This document shows, piece after piece, positions 1 through 7,836 of a stretch of DNA of 22,202 nucleotides. A program made the translations under genes and the position numbers. Within the stretch, counting starts at the first letter, position 1. Each line of letters starts with the position of its first letter. This DNA is from Candidatus Thalassarchaeaceae archaeon (GTDB lineage Archaea; Thermoplasmatota; Poseidoniia; Poseidoniales; Thalassarchaeaceae), in assembly GCA_030747675.1 (NCBI GenBank), contig JASLKH010000097.1, forward strand, positions 1 through 22,202. Direction: 5' to 3'. Below the pieces are notes generated by a model. The model saw only the letters and a list, made by a program, of their open reading frames with translations, made no database searches and had not been told where the DNA came from.

Positions 1-1
1 C

Positions 2-130
2 TTGCAGTAAGTCGAACATGCTCAAAACGAAAGACTGGAGTTTCGCGAAGAAAACTCCGATGACGACTGTGCTAACATGATCTTCAGCCATTACACGTTC
101 AATTTCGTATTCGAGTTCTTGTTGTCTAGT
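2..130 (-). pseudogene. In-frame continuation of the ABC permease past a premature TAA (start of the missing last FtsX membrane domain); partial, runs off the window
   Basis: After the TAA at 133-131 the same frame stays open for 43 codons to the edge: TRQQELEYEIERVMAEDHVSTVVIGVFFAKLQSFVLSMFDLLQ. This resembles the helix that leads into the final TM bundle of MacB-like permeases. Confidence 0.6.
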
Positions 131-3100
131 TTAATCAATGTCTGAATATACACTAAATAGCTCCAATTTCGGTTCTGCATCGAACCTTTCTTCGGCAAAA
201 TCTGCAGAAATATGAATTCCAGACATGAAGAAAGAAGAAGATGGTGTCAAAATACCAGCAACGTAGACTGTTCTGTTGATTCCTTTATTGAGAGGGTCAC
301 TGACCACGACAGAATCACCTATCTGTAAATTGAGTGTTGGTGCAGTGTCAATTCCGCCCGCTGGTTGAGGGGTGAGGGAATAATCGACAATTGCGAGGTA
401 GGAATCATTGAATACGGCACTCCACAACTCAGCCTCAGTTTCACCAAAGAATTCATCCCAAGCAGCAAGTGACAAGGCCCCATGATCTGTGAAGTTTCTA
501 TCAAAACCTCGAAGATACACAATCAATTCGTCACCAGAACCGTCTAAACGCTCAGCATTAACAGGAGTGGTTGACATAAATGAGACTGAATCAAAATCTT
601 CAATTGAGGCCTCACTGAGGTTCCAATTAGACAAATCCTTATCCAAAGAATAGTCAAATTTACCACTAATAGCAACGATTTCATATTCCCCGCCAACTTC
701 TTCACTAAGATCATCCATGTAATTATTCAACAATGCACTATATCCAGACAAAACAACTACTGCGAACACAACAATCGAAAACATACCCATTGACATTGCC
801 GTACGGAATGGTGTGGCCAATGGATAAGAAAGGGAAGTTGGCAATACAGATGCGGCTCTTTTCGACCTTGCTGAAAGCAAACGTGCAATAGCTCTAGCAA
901 CGATTGGAGCCAGACTTGAAAGCAAAAGAACACCAGCTGCTACAAGGAAAATACCGAGCAAAATGAATGAGTAGGCACCTTGCTCCCAATCTGCACTGAT
1001 AGGATCTCCAATCCACCCCCAGAGAACCATAGAAGTGCCCAAAATAGTGAGAATTAAGCGTGGTAATATCACTGGCCGATGCAGTCGAATACGACCAAAA
1101 TGGATGTTTTCTGGTAAAATTACTCGCAATATCCAGAACATCGGAGGAAGTAAGGAAAACAAGAAAATGAATCCACCCAAAAGCCACCAAGCATGTCTTG
1201 AACCATCTTCAGGAGAACCCGCTAAAAATGCTAAACCAAAGAAAAGCATAGAAGAAAGAGCCAAAAACAGAGAAATTAAGATTGACCACCATGGCAGTCC
1301 ACCTGTAAATCGAACAGGAATATCACGAATTGCTGCGACTACATTCAATCGGCTAATCCAAAGGGAAGTAAGCCATAAGGTCACCCAGGTGACTAAGAAA
1401 CCGGTTACAAATCCACCCAACAGACTTTGGAATGTCCAATCAAATATTGCTCCATTCAAACGACCCCCTGCTTCACCAAGGGCGGTCCCCATGAATTGCA
1501 TGATGACCCAACCAAAACCAATTCCCAGCACAGCACCAAGCGCGCTTGAAATTAATCCTAAAAATGCCCCTTCCTGAACAAATAATGCACGTAAATCAGC
1601 ACGCTGCATCCCAATTGCCCGAGCCATGCCCATCTCAGGTTTGCGTTCATCCGCTAGCATAACAAAAATATTGATGACAAGTAAAATACCTGCAAAAATG
1701 ACAAATGACCCAAATATCAAAAACAACATTGAGAAACTCTCACCAGCACCTTCTGTAGCCTCTAATGCACGTTGTTTGATAGGAACTACACGCAAGTTCG
1801 TTGTCTGCAAATCAGCTTGCTCATCGGACCAAGCAATGATTGCTGATTCCATTACCGTATAATTTGTTGAATTGAACAATGCGGGACCAGATATAATCAC
1901 AAAAGTTCGATCACCGCTATTTCCTGAAGCAAGGTTTTCAGCATCACTCAAAGAGACCACTGCAAATGATATTGCATCAAAGGACGGTTGTCCAGGTGGT
2001 GAAGGAAATGTCAAATTTGAATTATCAACATACATCAATTCCCCTGTCAGCATCCCCCTTGCTACAGGAAGATAACCGCGTAAACGAATGAATTCGCCTT
2101 CATCCAAATCAAGTGTATCTCCAGCCCATTTTGAGATGACAACATGTTGATCATCAACATCGGGGAATCCCATGCTACCCTCACCAGAGAGGGCGATTGC
2201 TGTTAGTGGTACACGCAAGGCGTCAACCTTGATTCTGTTTGGGATTCTGCCAGATAATTCACCATCATCAGAAATTGCAACACCATTACCTGTAGTCACT
2301 ATTAATCTGGCTCCAACCATGCTTATGGCCGCCTCTGAAGTGGATGCTGCAGGGGGTAAAGGCATTGAGTACGAAGCGAAATTCGTAGTATTCCAATACC
2401 ACAAGCCTTCAGATTCAACCCACAATACGGACTCTGAATTAGCAAGAATTGAACCGTTTGGTAACCCCAGTGTGTTTGCAGGGATAAGAGTTCCATTATC
2501 CAGTAAATGAAGACTCTGTCCATTGTCTACCCATGCCGATCCTGCGTGGGAAAACAAGTTTCGACGCTCGACTAAATCGTCAGAGCAAAATTGTGACAGA
2601 GGGGTGTTTGTAGTATTTTCAAGAGAAAAAGAGCAACTTCTGCTTCCAAGTAAACGCTCGATTCTAATGTGTAATTGACTGTCGTCTATCGCCATATCGA
2701 GTCGCATCGCAGAACCGTCATCAAGAATTGAAAAAGTCAACCAGCCACTTAGGTTCAAATCTGACTGATGCAATATAACAGCACCTTCATCCAATTCCAG
2801 AGCGAATATTGAAGATTCTGATTGTTCGAGGGCCACTATTTCACGACCATTCAGATGATCAATGTCATTTGAATCAGGGGAAACATCCACCTCACGCAAA
2901 CCCTCTGAATGGGCAACTAAACCCTTTTTTTCAGATAAAATAAGTAAATCATTGATTGCTTTTTCATCTGCATCGGACTCCCAAATCCACCACTCTCCAA
3001 ACGAGTCCTGGAGTGATAAGCCGGAGGCAGTAGCATACCAATCCCAACCCTCAGTTTGCGCAATTTCAGTAATTGTACTTGATGCCAAACCAGATAGGTT

Positions 3101-4273
3101 TACACTTCCCTGCGCAGTGTTGTACAGTGGCACCTGAAGCATTTCGAGTATCTGGGCATCGGCATTAGTCTCATCTACAATTGCAGTTAAATTAGCAACT
3201 TCGCCTACATCCAGTAATCCGAAACCTGTTGTACGGGCAACTGCAATCATCCCATTCGCTTCATCAGCCTCAATTGTTAATCCTGCATCTTCTGCCAGTA
3301 GTTTCTCATTAATTGCATCTTTCAGATTGTCCCGGATTGCTGTGGTGCCATCACCTTTCACAGAAATTCCAATATGATTGACTAAGTCGGTTTTTTCCGT
3401 GTATGTTTGTGCATCTGACAAAGAAGTGAAAATTAAGGGGTATTTAGACCCCAAATAGCCAGTTGAAATATCCGATATTATCGCCTGAACAGTCATATTT
3501 AGAGACTTTTTCTCGATTCCAGAAGTGTAATCAATTATCATCCAATGAACCTCAAGTGTATCTCCCACATCGGCTGAGACTCTCTCAGCCATCTCCTCAT
3601 TGATCACAACATTCCCTGATTCAATGTCTGCATAATGAATACCATTTTCACCACCGATTGGGTCGAAACTACCCAATAATGAGCGGTTTGCATCAAAGGC
3701 CATCCACTGCCCATTCGGCTCTGCGAGGCCCGATTTTTCATGAATTGCCGAAATAGTCAGAGCCAGACCGGGTCTAGCACCAATAATATCGGGCATATCA
3801 ACTAATTCATCCGATAATTCACTGGCTCTTGTTGAATTCCATTCAGTCCATAGCCCCGTTATTGGGTCATTTCCACGGATGTAGTAATCAGTATCCCCCA
3901 ACGGCACAAGGAAATGTTGTTCCATTGTGGCATCCAAACTATCGCCAATAACCAATGACGAGGAAACAATTGCAGAACCAACTAAAAGTCCTGCAATAAC
4001 AAGTGCAGTATTGCGTTTACGGCGTACTAAATTATTGCGAGCCATTGTTGCAAGAATGCGGTGGCGGCTAGAAAGAAGCCATTGAACTACTGTCCATACA
4101 ACAAGACCAGCAATCGCTGAAATACCAACAGAAGTCAACGTACGACCCAAGGTCCAGTCATTTTCATCAATTTGTGCTGAAAAGGAGAGCCATGCGACAA
4201 TGGTCAGAGAAGAAATGCCTGAAATTGCCGTAACCAGTTTACGTGGCCACGTCCAAGCACCAGCCAAGGACAT
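131..4273 (-). CDS. Giant MacB/FtsX-family ABC transporter permease (fused double permease, about 1380 aa), probably C-terminally truncated
   Basis: RRKRNTALVIAGLLVGSAIVSSSLVIGDSL first-TM motif; FtsX signature INIFVMLADERKPEMGMARAIGMQRADLRALFVQEG; second PFRTAMSMGMFSIVVF repeat; lies directly downstream of the ATPase. ATG 4273 is preferred over the track's GTG 4282 because AGGTGA (4284-4279) sits 5 nt upstream of it. Confidence 0.85.
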   Translation of the reverse strand: MSLAGAWTWPRKLVTAISGISSLTIVAWLSFSAQIDENDWTLGRTLTSVGISAIAGLVVWTVVQWLLSSRHRILATMARNNLVRRKRNTALVIAGLLVGSAIVSSSLVIGDSLDATMEQHFLVPLGDTDYYIRGNDPITGLWTEWNSTRASELSDELVDMPDIIGARPGLALTISAIHEKSGLAEPNGQWMAFDANRSLLGSFDPIGGENGIHYADIESGNVVINEEMAERVSADVGDTLEVHWMIIDYTSGIEKKSLNMTVQAIISDISTGYLGSKYPLIFTSLSDAQTYTEKTDLVNHIGISVKGDGTTAIRDNLKDAINEKLLAEDAGLTIEADEANGMIAVARTTGFGLLDVGEVANLTAIVDETNADAQILEMLQVPLYNTAQGSVNLSGLASSTITEIAQTEGWDWYATASGLSLQDSFGEWWIWESDADEKAINDLLILSEKKGLVAHSEGLREVDVSPDSNDIDHLNGREIVALEQSESSIFALELDEGAVILHQSDLNLSGWLTFSILDDGSAMRLDMAIDDSQLHIRIERLLGSRSCSFSLENTTNTPLSQFCSDDLVERRNLFSHAGSAWVDNGQSLHLLDNGTLIPANTLGLPNGSILANSESVLWVESEGLWYWNTTNFASYSMPLPPAASTSEAAISMVGARLIVTTGNGVAISDDGELSGRIPNRIKVDALRVPLTAIALSGEGSMGFPDVDDQHVVISKWAGDTLDLDEGEFIRLRGYLPVARGMLTGELMYVDNSNLTFPSPPGQPSFDAISFAVVSLSDAENLASGNSGDRTFVIISGPALFNSTNYTVMESAIIAWSDEQADLQTTNLRVVPIKQRALEATEGAGESFSMLFLIFGSFVIFAGILLVINIFVMLADERKPEMGMARAIGMQRADLRALFVQEGAFLGLISSALGAVLGIGFGWVIMQFMGTALGEAGGRLNGAIFDWTFQSLLGGFVTGFLVTWVTLWLTSLWISRLNVVAAIRDIPVRFTGGLPWWSILISLFLALSSMLFFGLAFLAGSPEDGSRHAWWLLGGFIFLFSLLPPMFWILRVILPENIHFGRIRLHRPVILPRLILTILGTSMVLWGWIGDPISADWEQGAYSFILLGIFLVAAGVLLLSSLAPIVARAIARLLSARSKRAASVLPTSLSYPLATPFRTAMSMGMFSIVVFAVVVLSGYSALLNNYMDDLSEEVGGEYEIVAISGKFDYSLDKDLSNWNLSEASIEDFDSVSFMSTTPVNAERLDGSGDELIVYLRGFDRNFTDHGALSLAAWDEFFGETEAELWSAVFNDSYLAIVDYSLTPQPAGGIDTAPTLNLQIGDSVVVSDPLNKGINRTVYVAGILTPSSSFFMSGIHISADFAEERFDAEPKLELFSVYSDID

Positions 4274-4282
4274 TGAAATCAC

Positions 4283-4981
4283 CTATTCCTCTTCTCCAGA
4301 ACGGCGATCTTCTACTATTCTACCATCCTTCATTACGAGGGTGCGTGAACACCTAGCTGCAACTTCACTATCATGAGTTACCAAAACCATAGTCATGCCT
4401 CTATCCTTATTCAATTGCAATAGTAAATCAAGGACTTCGTCACTTGTTTTCGTATCAAGATTACCCGTAGCTTCATCGGCTAGAATAACAGCTGGGTTGT
4501 GAACAAACGAGCGAGCAATTGTTACTCGTTGTTGCTGTCCACCTGACAATTCTGCTGGAAGATGTCCTGCACGGTCCCCTAGACCAACAGATTCGAGAGC
4601 ATCAAGGGCCATTAATCTAGCATCACGTGGTGATTTACCAGCCATTAACAACGGTAATTCGACATTTTCAACTGCAGTTAATACGGGGAGTAAATTGAAT
4701 GCTTGAAATATGAAACCAAGTCTTTCACCGCGTGTTTGTGTTAACTCCCAATCTGACATCGCAGATAATCCAACTCCGTCAATCAATACTTCACCTGAAG
4801 TAATGTCATCCAATCCAGATAAGCAATTCAGTAGCGTGGTTTTCCCACAACCACTTGGGCCCATTACTGCAACCATTTCGCCAGACTCAAGCGTGACGCT
4901 TACTTTGCGAAGAGCCTCAACCCGATTCGTTCCCGTTTCGTAAATCTTCCACAATTCTTTGGCTTCAAGGACAGCGGGCAT
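4283..4981 (-). CDS. ABC transporter ATP-binding protein, LolD/MacB/SalX family
   Basis: Walker A GPSGCGKTT, Q-loop GFIFQAFNL, signature LSGGQQQR, Walker B VILADE, H-loop VTHD; 232 aa. Confidence 0.95.
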   Translation of the reverse strand: MPAVLEAKELWKIYETGTNRVEALRKVSVTLESGEMVAVMGPSGCGKTTLLNCLSGLDDITSGEVLIDGVGLSAMSDWELTQTRGERLGFIFQAFNLLPVLTAVENVELPLLMAGKSPRDARLMALDALESVGLGDRAGHLPAELSGGQQQRVTIARSFVHNPAVILADEATGNLDTKTSDEVLDLLLQLNKDRGMTMVLVTHDSEVAARCSRTLVMKDGRIVEDRRSGEEE

Positions 4982-5001
4982 GGAAATCTGTGGACAGAGC
5001 A

Positions 5002-5015
5002 GGGATATAACTCCC
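5002..5015. promoter_or_regulatory. Putative bidirectional TATA box (ATATAA / TTATAT) shared by the ABC operon and the Ubl gene
   Basis: GGGA-TATAAC-TCCC. The AT core at 5005-5010 is centred about 27 bp from both ATG 4981 (-) and ATG 5035 (+), which is archaeal TATA-to-start spacing for leaderless mRNAs. Confidence 0.5.
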
Positions 5016-5034
5016 CGTATTCACCCAACTCCAG

Positions 5035-5274
5035 ATGGGCAGAGATAAGATGCTGAGAAGAGTGACCCTTTTCGGGCCACTGAAAGATGATTTCGGAAAG
5101 AGAGAGTTGCAAATAGAAGCCGGGGGAGACGAAACAGTTCGCTCCATACTGGAGCGGTTAGAGATTCAGCCGGATATAGTGAAAGTGGCACTAGATGGTG
5201 AAATATCTGAATTAGACACCCAATTGTCTGATTCGATAGAAATTGCAATACTGCCGCCTGTATCTGGTGGTTAA
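5035..5274 (+). CDS. MoaD/ThiS-family ubiquitin-like protein (SAMP-type sulfur carrier/protein modifier)
   Basis: 79 aa; beta-grasp pattern VTLFGPLK...TVRSIL...VALDG...EIAILPPVSGG with free C-terminal Gly-Gly. Alternative start ATG 5050. Confidence 0.9.
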   Translation: MGRDKMLRRVTLFGPLKDDFGKRELQIEAGGDETVRSILERLEIQPDIVKVALDGEISELDTQLSDSIEIAILPPVSGG

Positions 5275-5347
5275 AACAGAGAAAATTAGCTGATTTTGTT
5301 CCGCAACGTTGAATGGGTGGGGGCTCTCAGCGGTGTTTGGTGCAATA

Positions 5348-5626
5348 ATGGCTTTTGGAACCAACGAACTCATCATCATACTAATCGCATTCTTCGTTCT
5401 CTTCGGAGCAGAACGCCTTCCGAAGTTAGCTCGTTCCCTTGGACAGGCCAAAAGTGAATTTCATGAAGGGATCAAAGACATCAAAGATGCCGGCGCCGAA
5501 ACTGAAGATGACTTAGCCCGTGGTGGTAGAACGGAATCTGCTGCTTTAGCTGAAAAGGCAGAGGAATCAGGTGTCGATGTAGAAGGAAAAACACCAGATG
5601 AAGTTGAAGAAGAGACATCTGAATAA
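5348..5626 (+). CDS. tatA: Twin-arginine translocase subunit TatA/TatE
   Basis: MAFGTNELIIILIAFFVLFGAERLPKLARSLGQAKSEF: single TM, FG hinge, amphipathic helix and acidic tail. ATG 5348 (GGTG upstream) is preferred over the track's TTG 5309. Confidence 0.92.
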   Translation: MAFGTNELIIILIAFFVLFGAERLPKLARSLGQAKSEFHEGIKDIKDAGAETEDDLARGGRTESAALAEKAEESGVDVEGKTPDEVEEETSE

Positions 5627-5657
5627 TCAATTGGAAAATTAATTTTATCAATTGGAA
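5626..5657. repeat. 11-bp direct repeat ATCAATTGGAA x2 around the palindrome AAAATTAATTTT; possible bidirectional terminator
   Basis: Copies at 5626-5636 and 5647-5657, palindrome at 5635-5646, between the convergent tatA and nob1 stop codons. Confidence 0.45.
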
Positions 5658-6139
5658 TTTTGGATTCTTTTAAGACGTAATTCGGCACCGCATTCCGGGC
5701 AATTTCCATACTCGCCTTTACGCTTAGTTTCAAGCGCTGGATGCTGACGACGACACCCTCTACATTCGAGGGTCCAAGTCCAAGAATCTTCTATTCCATC
5801 TTGTATGATTCCTGTCCAAGGATGGTCAAAATTAGTACAAACATTCTGTAGTCGATAATCATCAGTTACCAATTCCGCACCGTGTTCAATTGCTAGAGCC
5901 AGTATCTCAAGGTCAACTGCTGCTAAACCTGACAAATCACCTGTTTCAATAGCTGACGCCCGTGCCTGTTCGATCGCCTCGGTAGACGGCGAAAGAAATC
6001 GAGGGCCCTGAGATTGAATTAGCATGGCTCGTTCAGGGGAGTGTTTCATGACTTCAGCAACTTGCCCAGGGACACACAGACATCCTATCAAGTCCACAAG
6101 GGGCCATGCTAAGAGAGCCCCTGTATCCAGTGCGCGCAT
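5648..6139 (-). CDS. nob1: Nob1-family endoribonuclease (PIN domain plus Zn ribbon; SSU rRNA 3' maturation)
   Basis: ALDTGALL, VDLEILALA and TDDYRLQN PIN motifs; CRGC...CPECG zinc ribbon; 163 aa. Confidence 0.9.
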   Translation of the reverse strand: MRALDTGALLAWPLVDLIGCLCVPGQVAEVMKHSPERAMLIQSQGPRFLSPSTEAIEQARASAIETGDLSGLAAVDLEILALAIEHGAELVTDDYRLQNVCTNFDHPWTGIIQDGIEDSWTWTLECRGCRRQHPALETKRKGEYGNCPECGAELRLKRIQNSN

Positions 6140-6217
6140 GAATAGGGGGCATGAAACAAGAACATGAGGACTTCGGAGGCATCAACCTTGATGAAGGAGA
6201 TTCGTTGGAATGTGTCC

Positions 6218-6826
6218 ATGGGGTGGAAAGAGTCTATCTTAGATGCCTTCGATAATTTGGGCGAGGGGAGTCTTGCTGCCCTCTCATTTACTGAAGCGAT
6301 TATTCAACCAGTCCCTCCAGATTTACTGTATATGCCAATGGTTTACGCAGATAAAACGAATACGACTACAGTTCTCTGGCTTTGGACTGTTGTTACAATT
6401 ACTTCGGTTGCAGGAAGCTTAGTTGGTCATTGGATTGGGCAGCACTGGGGTCGCAATCTGTTAGAGAGATATGCAAATCCAAAACATGTAACCATGTTAG
6501 AAAACTTGACGGAAAAATACGGTACTGCTGGAATATTCATTGCAGCATTTAGTCCAATCCCATACAAGGTATTTGGGTGGGTAGCAGGAATGGGTGAGAT
6601 GGATCGCCGCACCTTTGCAATTGCAGGACTTTTCGGCCGAGGCTTACGGTTCGGATTAGAAGCAATTGCGATAGTCGTATGGGGGGATGAAGCCCTATCA
6701 GCAGCGGAGAGTTTTGTCGAAAATGAGTTTGCACTTGGGGCTATGAGTCTAGCAATAATTGGCTTAATCAGTTGGTTTTTGGTGCGTAAACAGATGTTTG
6801 CAATTCCCAGTGATACGGAAGAATGA
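6218..6826 (+). CDS. YqaA / VTT (DedA, SNARE-associated-like) membrane protein
   Basis: LSFTEAIIQPVPPDLL, SVAGSLVGHWIG, AAFSPIPYKVF and GRGLRF motifs. Start is ATG 6218, or ATG 6164 as in the track. Confidence 0.85.
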   Translation: MGWKESILDAFDNLGEGSLAALSFTEAIIQPVPPDLLYMPMVYADKTNTTTVLWLWTVVTITSVAGSLVGHWIGQHWGRNLLERYANPKHVTMLENLTEKYGTAGIFIAAFSPIPYKVFGWVAGMGEMDRRTFAIAGLFGRGLRFGLEAIAIVVWGDEALSAAESFVENEFALGAMSLAIIGLISWFLVRKQMFAIPSDTEE

Positions 6827-6868
6827 GACCGAACGTCTCATCAACTATGTTAACAGGCGACGGTTTAC

Positions 6869-6943
6869 GCTCGCGTGGTGTAGCTAGGCCCATCATGGTG
6901 GGTTTTCATCCCGCTGACTCGGGTTCGAATCCCGACGCGAGCA
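6869..6943 (+). tRNA. tRNA-Glu (anticodon TTC), no intron, CCA not encoded
   Basis: Acceptor stem GCTCGCG/CGCGAGC plus discriminator A; anticodon stem GTGGG/CCCGC with loop TT-TTC-AT (TTC at 6905-6907); T arm TCGGG-TTCGAAT-CCCGA; D arm of archaeal Glu type; 75 nt. Confidence 0.95.
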
Positions 6944-6957
6944 CTTTTCGAAAAAGT
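6943..6957. terminator. Putative bidirectional T-tract terminator
   Basis: ACTTTTCGAAAAAGT gives T4 on + right after the tRNA and T5 on - after the convergent Smr gene. Confidence 0.45.
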
Positions 6958-6971
6958 AGCACTGCGTGAAT

Positions 6972-7748
6972 TCATTGACGTTCGCGATAGGTTGCTAGCA
7001 TCGCACTCAGTACTATTCCCAATATCACTCCAACATACATCCCTTGTGTATGTGCACCATCGCCAGCTAGATCCCTAAACGCTAGAGAAAAAGCCACAGT
7101 AATAGGGCTGCCTAGGAAAATGAAGCGGAATAACCAGCGACCAAAGGTTGGGGCCTTTCCCATTGGCCGTAATGTCAAGGAGCCTTTCTTGAGTAATATC
7201 TCCCAATCCAATTGCTTGACAACTTGGCGGAGTCTATCTATCACCATGGGGCGGATCTTTGGAGCTGTGGCTGAATGCAAACCACGTCCAGTAATTATCC
7301 GAACCCGACCAATCCATTCACGCGAGGATATAATATGCTCAAGGATTTCTTTGGCTAACTTCAAATTCAAATCATGTAAATCAACTGTTAATGTTCCTCT
7401 TGATATCCTAACATGGCTAGATGTAGTCCATGAACGCTCATCCGCCCACGGTAGATTCAGGGCCATATTTTCAATTGGAGACAAGAGTAATTGCAGTCGA
7501 TCAATAGGTTCAACAGTAGCATCGGCATTTGAAATTCTTCGATTTCTTTCAAAATATCGAAACAAAGTATAACTCAAGAGGACTACTGTAGTGGCAACAC
7601 CTATCAAAAATCCAATACGAAATGAGTTTTTTAAATCTGCATCCCCCATTCCTGTTGCGAAAATGTGCATAAAGAAAGTCATTGTACCAACCATGGTCCC
7701 AAGAACTGCTGAAAGGATGAAAACATCCCGTATATTCAACTCGACCAT
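6972..7748 (-). CDS. Membrane protein (4 predicted TM) with a central Smr/MutS2-C nuclease domain
   Basis: TVDLHDL...VRIITGRGLHS Smr motifs between two hydrophobic hairpins (about aa 9-63 and 206-253); 258 aa. Confidence 0.8.
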   Translation of the reverse strand: MVELNIRDVFILSAVLGTMVGTMTFFMHIFATGMGDADLKNSFRIGFLIGVATTVVLLSYTLFRYFERNRRISNADATVEPIDRLQLLLSPIENMALNLPWADERSWTTSSHVRISRGTLTVDLHDLNLKLAKEILEHIISSREWIGRVRIITGRGLHSATAPKIRPMVIDRLRQVVKQLDWEILLKKGSLTLRPMGKAPTFGRWLFRFIFLGSPITVAFSLAFRDLAGDGAHTQGMYVGVILGIVLSAMLATYRERQ

Positions 7749-7836
7749 TAGTTCCTGACATTAACCACTACATATCAAAGGCATGGCTAATCATTTGGGA
7801 CGAAGCCTGTTAGACTAAGAGTGATGCGCAACCGAC

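Noticed and set aside
131-133. Stop-codon reassignment or programmed readthrough of TAA
   Set aside because: TAA is a genuine stop for the Ubl, tatA, tmk and 16034 genes, and there is no recoding signal I can support.
1035-1577. 180-aa + strand ORF and the other + strand ORFs within 131-4981
   Set aside because: Antisense shadows of the ABC genes with no recognisable motifs.
6823-6841. 7-bp hairpin ATGAGAC-CGAAC-GTCTCAT over the stop codon of the YqaA-like gene
   Set aside because: Short, with no U-tract; plausible by chance or a minor 3' end structure.
6869-6943. tRNA-Glu as an integration site
   Set aside because: No integrase, and I saw no duplicate of the tRNA 3' end in the window; the flanking genes look chromosomal.
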